From contig NKIB01015260.1 in assembly GCA_002256025.1 (NCBI GenBank), positions 1 to 36,935 on the forward strand: DNA of 36,935 nt, written 5' to 3'. A program made the position numbers and the translations under genes. Shown here piece after piece: positions 11,101-22,485 of the stretch. The notes under the pieces were generated by a model. The model worked only from the letters and a program-made list of their open reading frames with translations, did no database searches and was not told the DNA's origin. The DNA is from Asterionella formosa. Taxonomy: Eukaryota. Position 1 is the first letter of the stretch; each line of letters begins with the position of its first letter.

Positions 11101-12511
11101 TCTGCTGTGAAAGGTGGTAGCGCTTTTCCACTTAAAACTTTGTAACGGTTAGAGGTATTTAAATAAATGGAAATATTTTGAAATATTTCATCATTTTGGA
11201 ATTCGTGAGCCGGTCAGACTACCAATGTAGTATGTAGGTTAAAACCGCTATGTTGAATTTTTAGTGTAAAGTGAGCATAATTTGCTGAGTACCAGACCTT
11301 CTTAATGATTCAATCAGCAATTCCCAGCACTCCAGCTATTGTCTTGCTATTCGGATACTTCTAACTACTTTTAGGCTTAAAGTAATTTTCATTTAGGGGC
11401 AATATGGGGCACATCAAATTTTTCGGCATTAAAATTGAAGATTTTAGCATGATAGCCAGAATAACAGTAAATATTGGTTTTTTCGATTGGTCAAAGAACA
11501 TAACTGAGAATGGAAAATTTTGAACCATCGAAAAATTCACACTAAAATGATTGGAGCATGCCGATGTCCAAAAATTGAGCATCAGGTTTTTGCAACCAAA
11601 GTATGATTCATTAGCAACAGAGGGAAACAACAAGATGATGATTCAAGTAGGGAGAGGACGAAAAAATGAGAAAAGGAAAGGAATATAGATTGGGTGAGAA
11701 AACCGTCAACAAAAAATATGTATAGATTCAATGTCACAAAAAGCTTACACTCTGTTTTTCCATCATGTCATTGCAGAAATGAATTTTTCAATATGGAGAA
11801 GGAGCTGGGCGGGGTAATTGGCTGTATATGCCAGAAGTTGGTGGGGTTGTGAAGGATGGATGTGTGCTAGAATTGGAGTTGGCTGATGATTATAGTAGAC
11901 TGGTGGTTGACTGGCGGGAGGTGGTGCATGGCAACAGATGATAGTACTATTCATGAGGAGGAGGAGGAGGAGGAGCATGGTGGGATTAGTACATTTGTTG
12001 TATTGGAGCTGGCTGAGGAAAAAGATGTGACTGCTGATAGGAATATAAACCAGTGTTGGGTTGGGTATCTAGGGGCTCCGGAATGGTAGATTGCATGTTG
12101 TGGAGGCGGATGACCCAAACTGTAAATGTGTTGAGGACAGGTTTGAGGCGAATTGGAGTATTAGTGAACTGGAGCCGGAGCAGAAGCAGCATGTGCTGCA
12201 GTAGAAGACATCAAAACAATTTTTCAATTGGAGTTGAAATTTTAATTGACATCAGGAGGAATGAATGTGAAGTTGAAAGTATATATATATTGGGAATTTC
12301 AAGCTGGTTCATGGCTTCTTTGACCTTCTCAAAAACTGCAATCCTTGCTTGATGCTGCATATACTTTGATGGCAGCTTGCTGGTACCTGGCATTTATTTT
12401 CGCTGATCCATGCCTGGATTTATCAAGAATTATCTTTGTAGGTAATGCAGCACTGGAGTTGACAACAAGTGACGAGATCATAATCTTCCTCCTACTAGGC
12501 ATAGCCTTTAC

Positions 12512-13272
12512 ATTTCAATGGATGGCAGCAGTTGGTATTAGACACAAACCTCGACAAAAGCACTAGAACCTTGTAGATGTTCATGAAAAGCGAGACACTT
12601 TGCTTGGCCTATCGCCCACCAGCCAGTATATACTGCAAAAATGCAAGAAGCACAAGTTGAATGCCCATTTATGGATTCAAGTTTCGCTCAGTAGTGCAAC
12701 AATGTAAAATATTAGAAACCGGAAGTCACATTTCATCTAGCTAATGACAATTTATGGATTCAAGTTTCAGTAGTGCAACAATTTAAAAAATTAGAAACCG
12801 GAAGTCACATTTCATCTAATTACGGTTTTCATTAGCTATACTAGTATTGATTGAGAGGAAGCAATGGTAGAATGGCTGCCAAACGGGCGGGGGCAAACAC
12901 AGAATCTCCTACTAATTTTTCTCCCCAATGATCCCCGACCCTTTTTGAATGTCACTAGCTACAGAAAATTTGGTAGAACAGCCGCCATGATCTGTTGATT
13001 GTTGCTTTATGGTGCCACTGACCGAGACCTCCAGAAATCTCAATTAGTTGCTTGTTTCTTGACTTGAATGCAAAAGGGATCGAAACCAGTGGAAAAATAA
13101 AAAGGGAAGAACTAAAAATGCTCTGCAAACATCAGGACAATTGTGAAAGAGAAATGAAGGTTCTTGGGAGGAGAAGTAAAGGGATAATTGCTTCTGGTCT
13201 TGCGGGAACAAATATAGATCAACCCAAACAATGTTGAAAAATAAGTACCTATGGGAAAAGGAAGCAATGCTT
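12512..13272 (+). mobile_element. Decayed DDE transposase fragment, IS630/Tc1/mariner-like (copy A)
   Basis: Broken-frame peptides GIRHKPRQKH*NLVDVHEKRDTL, NAHLWIQV, GQTQNL..FLPNDP and LVLREQI*INP resemble motifs recalled for diatom/fungal YVDGHE-type transposases. Inverted homologue at 26760-27450. Internal ~70-bp duplication 12667-12739 / 12750-12818. Confidence 0.6.
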
Positions 13273-14099
13273 TCAGCATCATCAATCTATACACAAGCAT
13301 GAGCCACCTGATGTCGTTAATATAGCTACCTCGACTTCATCAATGAAGAAGTCAATGGGTGGAGCATGTGAGGAAAATCGGGGTTGAGGTTTTCTTGACG
13401 CCAACGTGGACCTGCTTGGCTGAACTCCTTGCAGATGAAGGCATTTAGTAACCTGGGCCTGTGAAGCCAAAGGATAAAGAAAAATCTATGACAAGGGTGC
13501 GTGGTGAGACAGTATTTAGGAGGGGGAAGCAAAAGTTATCATACTAGCTGAATGCATTCGAAACTTGTATAGACAATAAATAATGGCATGCCATGGCTGC
13601 TCTTGGCTGACAGCTGCCAAGTCAAGTACAAACACAATGAGGGTGCACAAAAGACAATCCAATTTTAATCGACTGGCTGATACTTAGTTGTGAGACTCAC
13701 CATTCTGCAATGGGGTGGACTTTGATCATTGCTTCGTTCAAAGCACAATCAATTCGAATGCTGTCCAATGAAACAGCCAATGAAAACAATTGTGGCGAAA
13801 AAGGGCAGAACAGATCAAGAGATTTCATAGGAAATAAAAAAACAGGGCATATATGATGCACTGCTTCTTGTGTAGACTAGCTACGTTTGATCATTTCCAT
13901 ATTTCAAACTATACAGGTGCATGGATGACTCCTCCCGCCCTTTCATTAGATATGCAGCCATGTTGCGATAATTCTACAGGACCTATAGCATTGGTAGTCT
14001 GGTGGTTATCATTTCCGCATTATATATACCAGTAGCTAGGAGTCATGTATGCATGCATGCTGCGATACAGGGCGGGGAAAAGGGGTTGCATGCATGAGC

Positions 14100-16040
14100 A
14101 ACTACTCCGGTATAAACTATGATCTTTAATCAATGAATTTTGATTCGTTTATCCTATAACTTTGATCATAACATATTGATCATATGATGAACGGTGTCGT
14201 TGATGAGAAAATGAACAATCAACATTTATTTTCAAGAATCAGGATCAATTGATCTTAAAAATATGATCAAATGATCCAAAAATATGAGCGCATTCAGTTT
14301 TCCGCTGCACTATTGTTGTGATATTTCCATGATAGAAGTAATTACCAGCAATTATACAGCAGTACTACCAGTAGGCCATATGAATTTTGGTCAATATGTC
14401 TATATACATAAATGTATGATTTCGACCATTTGAAAAATTGGTGATGACTCCCGTTTATTAAGGGGCTTAATTAAATCAGCAACTGACTTGTAGTTACAAG
14501 AATTGAAACAGAACAAATTGAAAAGATTCAACAGGTCGTGGAAAACTATGAACTCATCATGCATTGTATATATTTGAATTATGTATAATCAAAATTGATA
14601 TTAGTATACACATGATGTGCCGTATAATGAGTGTGTTTCAAACTATGCAAATGTTCAACTATGTATACATTTAAACTTCTTACAAATCTTTATATATATG
14701 TTTTCATGGCTGAAACATTTGAAATCATGTTTTCATGTTCCTTGTCATGCATACACTTTGCTCCTGAATTGAAGGATTATCACAGATGATGACGCGGAAA
14801 ACGAAAGTGATAATACAACACAATGATACTTGCGGCTTAGAAGAGAAGGGCGGAATCAATTGATAGTAAGTCAAGAGCAAGAGCAAATGCCTTTCATGTT
14901 CCTTGTCATGCTGCATCCACTCCCTGAAATGAAGGATCTCAAGCAACACATGATGCGAAAAACTGAAGTGACAATACAGCACGATAAGAATGAGTGAATA
15001 TGATGTATAAGGGCGGAATCAACAAGTTGTGCATAGCATCACGGTTTGTCAAGAGCAAATGCCAAGATGATCAATTGCTGGGATTAAAAATACGGAATGA
15101 CTCGTCCCCTTTCAGTGATTCAATAGCTCCTTTTCGATTTGGTGGCTGGCCAACCATCAATGTGGACAAAAGAAATCGGTACGTGCTGCCTATCAGCCAT
15201 CTTTGAATCAATCCACAACTGTTAGAAAATCTGACACATATGTGTTGCTTCTTTCAGGATAATGGTAGACAAACAGTATTTGTAAGTTACAAAGAGCAGT
15301 GTTGGAGCCCATTTATTGATCGATACTTTGCTTCTCATTCAATCTTCGACTGACACATTCTTCTACAGAAATATGCATCAGTTACTTCCTCAATTTGTGG
15401 TAAGTGAAGCAAGATAGAAGCGAAATGAATGCTGTTGTGTAAGCAAAACATGAACAGCTAACAATGAATTGCTTCTCTTTGTTAGTATGGCTGATTGGAA
15501 CAACGAAACGGATTCAATAGTAATAGGAAAATGCGTGAATGCAAACTCAGAACAACCCTCAGGAGTAAATGGAACAAAGCAGGGGAACAACGGCAAGGCA
15601 ACCAGTACAACAACCTTCAGAATTGGTTTGGGGGGAAGGTGGAAGTGAAAGCGGCACCAACAATCATTGCAATGAGAGCATTGTAGAAAATTCTGTAGCC
15701 ACTTAAGATATAGAATCATAGAACCATTCTTAGCTAAATATAGTTCTAAATTTCGATCAATTTCATCCTATTTTAGACAGTGATATCGATGAGAATTATG
15801 ATCATGCTAAGATAGATGTATGACAAAAGTATACAAATCATATGACCATGTTTAACTAATTATATGATGCAATGGTATTATAACTATGATAGTCTCATCA
15901 TACTTCAAGCTCGGTAAAAGTTTACTGCATGATCATAACTATATGATACATTGATCATATTTTTGATCGAAAAACTATCATATATGTGAAAATCCTGTGC
16001 CACTTAGCGTACGATACCCTTGATCATATTTTCATGATAT
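14100..16040. mobile_element. Non-autonomous DNA-transposon-like element with TGATCA-rich ends and an internal ~160-bp tandem duplication
   Basis: aaaaatatgatcaa motif at the left end (~14256) and inverted at the right end (~15951-15964). 14252-15325 is repeated at 30144-31214. Internal units ~14731-14890 and ~14891-15063. Boundaries approximate. Confidence 0.55.
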
Positions 16041-16669
16041 TTTTTATTTACAGACAGAGAGTATAGTAACTTACCTATGCTCTCACTGTTGATCTATGGG
16101 TGACAGGGTAGTGTTGTTAACCCTCACATCTGCATATATGGAAGGGAAAGATGTTATTAATGTCGAAATCCTAATTAATGGACACAGACACTACAAAGCC
16201 TCTGCAGCATTGTGCACAAATACATTAAGTGCGGTTTCTTACCTCGTAATTAGGTTGATTTTTATCGTTCGTCCTGAGGAAGTATAGAAACTTTGAGTGG
16301 CAGAAGCGCACACGAACAGCGATACAATTTTATAGTTTGCTTCCGGTCTCACACGGTACCGATCAGAAGCCCCTTGGTAGCCACAGTTGAGAAGCAAAAC
16401 AATCATATAACTTACCTCTTCTCACCGGTTGGTTTGATACCGGTAGAAGGCTCTCCATCACCATTCCCTCATCAGTTTGTTATGTGAAATAGAATGCATT
16501 ACCGGCATGAATTTTTTAACAATATCTCAAAATTTCCTCTTCTTCTTCAAAATGTGTGTATAACTTACATCTCTGTATGTCTAGTAACTTTTTCGAAGGA
16601 ACATTTAATACCCTACCAGTATGTATTATTAGATAAAATATACAAGACTTAACAGGAATTCGAATACCC

Positions 16670-16841
16670 GGTACTGTGAAACTGTACCTATTACTACGCT
16701 GGTACTGTGAAACTGTAGGTTTGCCCTACCAGCATTCCCTTCTTCCCCTTGTCTCAATACCCAGTCAGAACATGACGTGGCTACAGTAAAACTGTACCTA
16801 TTACTAGGCTGTTACTATGAAACTGTAGCTTTGCGCTACCA
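16670..16841. repeat. Two 62-bp direct repeats, each a dimer of a ~31-bp unit
   Basis: ggtactgtgaaactgtacctattactacgctggtactgtgaaactgtaggtttgccctacca (16670-16731) vs gctacagtaaaactgtacctattactaggctgttactatgaaactgtagctttgcgctacca (16780-16841). Confidence 0.85.
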
Positions 16842-19757
16842 ATCTAATGTCTATTACTGAGTATGTCAGTGCTGCATCTCTTCCGATCCAGCATTTGCCC
16901 ACTGTCTAATCCTATAGTTGACAGACCATTATCCCTTTCTGCTTCCTTGTTCTGTTACAGTCACGTTTTTCTTGACAACTTGACATTTGCACGCTATCGA
17001 TACTAGTGCAATATATCACTTCTTATCTGGAATGGCAAATGTTCCGAGTGCTACAAGGAATGGAACGATCTTGGTTGTGAAGGGGACACTAATTGCAGAT
17101 TTTTCAATCAGGAAAAACGTGTTTTCATGGCGTATTTCATGTCTGTTCAAGAGACAATGGAAGAGTAAGGAACGACTCTTACTGTTAGATACTTTGATCA
17201 TGATGACAAAGGCAAGGAGAAGAGACTAGATGTGGGCAGTGTCCTGGATTTTGTTCTCAACAAATTCTATGTGGTCCCAGAGTCTGGCTTGTTTAACAAA
17301 ACATCATTTGAAACTTCAAGGAAATATCGGAATCATATAGGACCAGCGATGATTTTATGGAAAACTCACTTTCCTCGAGATATTAGACTACATCAGAAAG
17401 ACAACAATATGCCACCAAATGCACCCATGAACTACATCCAGACTGGCAACCATGTCCTGCTTCAATATTTCCAACTCCTTACTGAATAAATGGGACAAAT
17501 CACTTTTCTCCTCAACCTGTTCTTTATTTACTTTCCCAATCACTCCTACAATTTCGGAACTCTTTGGTGACAAGTCATGGACTGCTTCTTTCGGATTGGC
17601 AACCATGTCTGGAGTTGCCTTTAATTTACATTTTCTTTTGCTTTGGAAGGGGGAGAGTTTATATCAAGTCTATCAGATTTGATAGACTCAATTAGACGCT
17701 CTGAGGAAGTAGAAACAAGATCTACCACGGGCATACAAGCAACACGATCTTTACTTCTTGGAATGGTATCATTGGGAGAAGATGAACTGGCATCAACTAT
17801 TTCGTTTTCACTCGCCTGTGTCAATGCATAAACGGAGAATACACGACATCGGTGATATTTATTTGGAATGACAGGTATGACAATTCCATCGGCTTGTCAG
17901 GAAAAAATTCCCAATTTTGGCGATGCTTCTCAAATGTGGCCGTAATGGTGCACAGAAGCTTGTTCCTCTCTTCTTCTGTATCAATACCAGCACCAACATT
18001 ATTAGGAAAAATACAGGGATCATTTGAAACGCCCCAATAATGGAGAATTTTATCAACATCATTGGAATCATTTCGACAATCATTGTTGCTGGCTGTATGA
18101 CATTGGAATCAGCTATTGATTGAACAATGGTTCTGGTACCCTCATAAATATTTTACACTTCTTCGGAGTGGCGAGAACATATGTGTGGGACAAGCTAGTA
18201 CACTACATATATATAAGCTATATAAACATAGTGGTCACTTTGTGGAAAGTATATGTGTGGCAATGGGGTTAGGCTGTCCTATATAGTGCCTCTGATGTTG
18301 CCGATAAAGAGATTTCTTAAAACAATGGGACAGTACAATGTTATTAAGCAAAGTTAGGATTGTTATTTCGAACCCCCTGCTATTCAAGGTTCATGTGATG
18401 CTACTATTTGCTTCCTGAATGAAATGAAGCTACTTCCTGATTAGAGATGTTGCGGCTCTAATTTTGCAGCAAACAAACGTGCTCGCCAATAGCTAGTCAA
18501 TGAGAATGGAAGACCCATGGCTAATTAAGGCCATGAGCAACAAACTGCGCCGCCATCTGGTCCATCTTCACTTTGATCCACATCTCATCTTGAAGAACAG
18601 ATTCGAAATACGGATCGATGTTCGCAATGGGCGAATTATGATCAAAAGTTACTTTCTTCTTGATTTCGGTTTAAATTGGAATAGGGTATGGCCTTCAATG
18701 CATCGTTCTCCAATTCTGTCATATAAATTGACCAAAGCTTTTGATTTCGAGTAACAAACAAAAAATCAAACTTTGCCAGCATAAATTCCCATCAATATCG
18801 AGACCATATCATTCGTTATAAGACTGAGATCATCGTCGTCCCCGCAAGAAGGTATCTTGTAAGGGATTCAACGAACGCACATGGCTTGTAAGAAATTCGA
18901 TTAATGATATCATGCGAATTGAGAGATAATGACGAATACTACCGGTACAAGAATTGTATTAAAGCATGTACCGGTAGAGCATTCAAATCAGAATGGCTCA
19001 ATCTTCAGTTTTTGTCACTGTAGCAGCAAAGCGAGCGATAAATCACATGGTTCTGTTATTGTTGTCTACATTTATTTTACATTTTAGCCGTCAATTTCAC
19101 AACAGGAGCATTCTTTTGAACGCATCAGTGAGTTGTGGTGCTGCCTGGTTGTTGCCGGTTTGTTGCTTCAATTCGACTTGCCCGAGGAACAGTTGAATAC
19201 TACTACATGTGTGTGTTACTTTCTGCTGTTGCTAGTTCTAAAATAAGGATTACTGACACACTGTTGTTATGTAAATCTTTGCAGGTCAATGGCGAAGTCA
19301 TTTCAAGGACAAGAAGGAAGCCAGTGTGATGCATTCCTGTTGCAATTTCGCACCATGATGCCTCTTCAAGAATGAATATGTTTTTCATTCAGAATGAATG
19401 GCTCCTGTTTGTCTTGCATTGTCCTTACAGACTTCTCAAAATGCCTGGCTTCTCAAGACTGAAGATGCCATTCTGAAAGAACTGCTTTGTTTGATTGTAT
19501 ATCGAGATTTGTTTCCCATGTAATGTGAAATACCGGTAGCTGAATTAGTAATCAACATATTTGATAGTACTTTTCAATTACGTAAACAAATTTAATACAT
19601 TACATGAACTATATTATAGAATTACGTGAACAAAATTATAAGGCAATGTGAACTAAATTACAGAATTAATTGAAGTATTTCAAATAATTACGTCAAGTAT
19701 TTCAAATAATTATGTGAAGGTGATAACTTAATATAGTGATGATCAGGAATGCATGCA

Positions 19758-20077
19758 TGATACTCTGATCAAATAATTAATGTGATGTATTCAGATAATA
19801 TATAGATATATTCAAGTAAGCATTTTGATGTATTCAACTAATTCATGTGATTCATACAAAATCAACTACCGGTAGGCTTATTTATGTGATGGTCACTTCA
19901 CGTAATACGCGGCTTAGATGTGATACTCTGATCAAATAATTATGGTGATGTATTCAGATAATATATAGATATATTCAAGTAAGCATTTTGATGTATTCAA
20001 CTTATTCATGTGATCCTTTTAAAATCAACTAGGTTTACTTACGTGATGGTCACTTCACGTAATACACGGATTAGATG
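19758..20077. repeat. Head-to-tail tandem duplication (163 + 157 bp) within an AT-rich satellite-like array
   Basis: 19758-19920 and 19921-20077 are near-identical; the only length difference is CCGGTA at 19869-19874. Related ~21-22-bp sub-units (aagtatttcaaataatta) extend back to ~19570. Confidence 0.95.
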
Positions 20078-21690
20078 TATTTTGGAAGCATCAATTGGAG
20101 TTAACAGGTCACCACATTCGAGCGCACCAGGACGCAGAATTGGAATATGAACAATTTTCATGGGAGGCTAAGCTGAATGTGGATTGTGATGCGCTTGCTA
20201 CCTCTGCACAAACATGCATCAAATATAATCACTAAAAGCCAAGCACATATGAACTCCCACCGGATCATCGGGAAACACGACAGATTGGTTCCACATGGGT
20301 GACCAGCCACTTATCAATGGCAATCAAAGAGGCAGTGCATAGATCAGCCATGGTGGATTTTATCATGGCAAGGGCAGGGTGGCTGGGAAGCCCATGAAGT
20401 TTTTAATATGGTAGATTGGGAATCACGAGCCCAAGCAGGCACAAATCAAAGGAAAACAACGTACTAATATCTTCAAACTCGAATTTGAATTTTTTGCAAA
20501 GATGAAGAAGCGAAGAAAATACGAAAAATTCAATGACGGCTGATGTCCCCAGTGTGGGAAATTTAACAACGATTTCGATCATATTCTCAGATGCCCTCAC
20601 ACAAATCAGGCGCAAGCTCAGAGTTGGTTGCATATGATTGAGCCATTCCACGATCAGCACACATGCCCACACATTGTCAATACTTTTGAGAAAGGGCTAC
20701 AACAATGGTTCGCAAACCGTCCTGTCCGTTGGGAAGGCAACAAGATGCCACAGCAAAGCAATAAAATTAGACAAGCAACATTCCAAGCATTTTGAATTCA
20801 ACAGGACATCGGTTGGAACCAGGCAGTGTAGGGAAGGATCACCAGACAATGGGTTATCGCAAATGCCCTGTACTGCAGAGAATGACAGATGTATCATGAC
20901 GCTGCAAGGGACAAACAATGGACTACCCCACTGGTGGTGTCAACACTGTGGCAGTATGGCGTTGCATGCTGGAGTTCTAGGAATCAATGGTTGCACAGAG
21001 AAAACGATGCACAACAGGCGGTCATTATGGAAACCGAAGTGAACACCCTGGTCAAGCATCTGTATGCGATGATAGAGATGATCAACCCACATGATTCAGC
21101 TTTGTTTCTCTTACAAGCAGGTTTACCAAAAACATCACACAGTTGGACAAAAGCTTTTAGGGATTAAAATGGTCAACATCTCCATTCAGGCATGGCATCG
21201 GGAAGGTGGAATTACTCTGAGAGATGGAGCTAGGCTCTGCCTTGCACCACATCAGATTGAAAGACTTGAGGGCCATTCTTGGCCCAGGGTACGGTACAAA
21301 ACTGGGTGGATTTAAATTCCCATCTTGTGTCTCATAGGCCCATGTGCAACTAGATGTTAGGATTTAATGTACTATGAAATGTCATTTAAATCCTAGTAGT
21401 AACTATTTTCATGAATTTGATCTCGCTTGATTATTGGCATGATTGACTAGGGTCTGTTGGGTAACATATAATGTTGATATGTTAACCTCGATTCAACTCA
21501 ATTGTTTCATTAGTTTGACCCATAGAGGGTAGGGTTGTTGAAAAGGCCCATTCTCCTTCCTGTGGGCTGTCTCTTCACGTACTAGGCTCTTACATGCTAG
21601 TGGTACTACCAAGTACCACTTACTTTCTCTTTGCTCTGCTTCTAGCCTTCCTACTAGATAAACTAATTGACCTTCCTGTCAATTAACACA
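20078..21690 (+). mobile_element. 5'-truncated, decayed non-LTR retrotransposon 3' part (RNase H end and CCHC finger; resembles diatom Ambal-type LINEs)
   Basis: HHIRAHQDAELEYEQFSWEAKLNVDCDALA at 20110 (RNase H C-terminal motif); CPQCGKFNNDFDHILRCP at 20544; FQQDIGWNQAV*GRI; LWQYGVACWSSRNQWLH; several stops and frameshifts. The small hairpin taattgac-cttcct-gtcaatta near 21664 is a possible 3' end. Confidence 0.75.
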
Positions 21691-22485
21691 CTGTTTCCTT
21701 TATTGATGATCTAAACTTAAATTAAATTATAAGCTAAACTAAATGTTTCCTTTCCATGCATCTTTGCTTCCCACAAAGTTGTTCTAAGACTCTCCATGAA
21801 TTTCCACTTCACATTTCCATAGAAATGTTCAATCTTTGATCTCATGAGATAGCTGATTAATGTGGCAATGCAATATTCGACTCTTTGGATTACAATTGAG
21901 TCCACAATCCTTCTGACTCAAGCTAATATTCTTAACATAGAGGGTTAGGCAGCTTTGCGTCTGTGTGTTGGATATAATCCTGGTTATGTAGAATGGCCAC
22001 TGCTCTTTTTGTTAATCTCTCACAGTTGTTTGCTTCATTTGCAGCTGCAGAGCACAGAGCAGTACTGTTATTTCGAAGGCCCCATTCCAGGTGTTGTGTG
22101 ATTGTTCCTCTCCACCTTTTCCGTTCTTTCTGCACTTATTGTCTACAGGATGACATGTTGAACAGAAGCTCAGTCGATTTCCTGATGTTGTCATGATTTC
22201 GCAGCAAATATCACATCACTAAACCCGAAACACGGACAGCCGACAAGGATTTGACCGAAGCTCATCCACTTTCTTGCTAGGATCACAGAACAATCCTCCC
22301 TATATAATGTTCAAATGTAAAATATATTGCATACTGAGATTAGAATCTATTTCTGGGGAAATTTTGGCAGATCAGAGAAATGGCTTGAGGAAGTCGTCAT
22401 AAACTGTCGTCACCGTCCGTGAGAATGGAACAAGAATATTCACGAGGCTCCAATAATCTGCGCAAGTTCATAAGCCTTTAAAATT

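Noticed and set aside
11760..12510. Short ORFs around a (GAG)n run read as poly-Glu or poly-Leu signal peptide
   Set aside because: A microsatellite within decayed sequence; no coherent gene model.
16860..18900. Fragmentary minus-strand ORFs with a faint Ulp1-protease-like feel (WVHLVAY, LVLYDS)
   Set aside because: Many stops and no complete catalytic motif; probably decayed element cargo, but not assignable.
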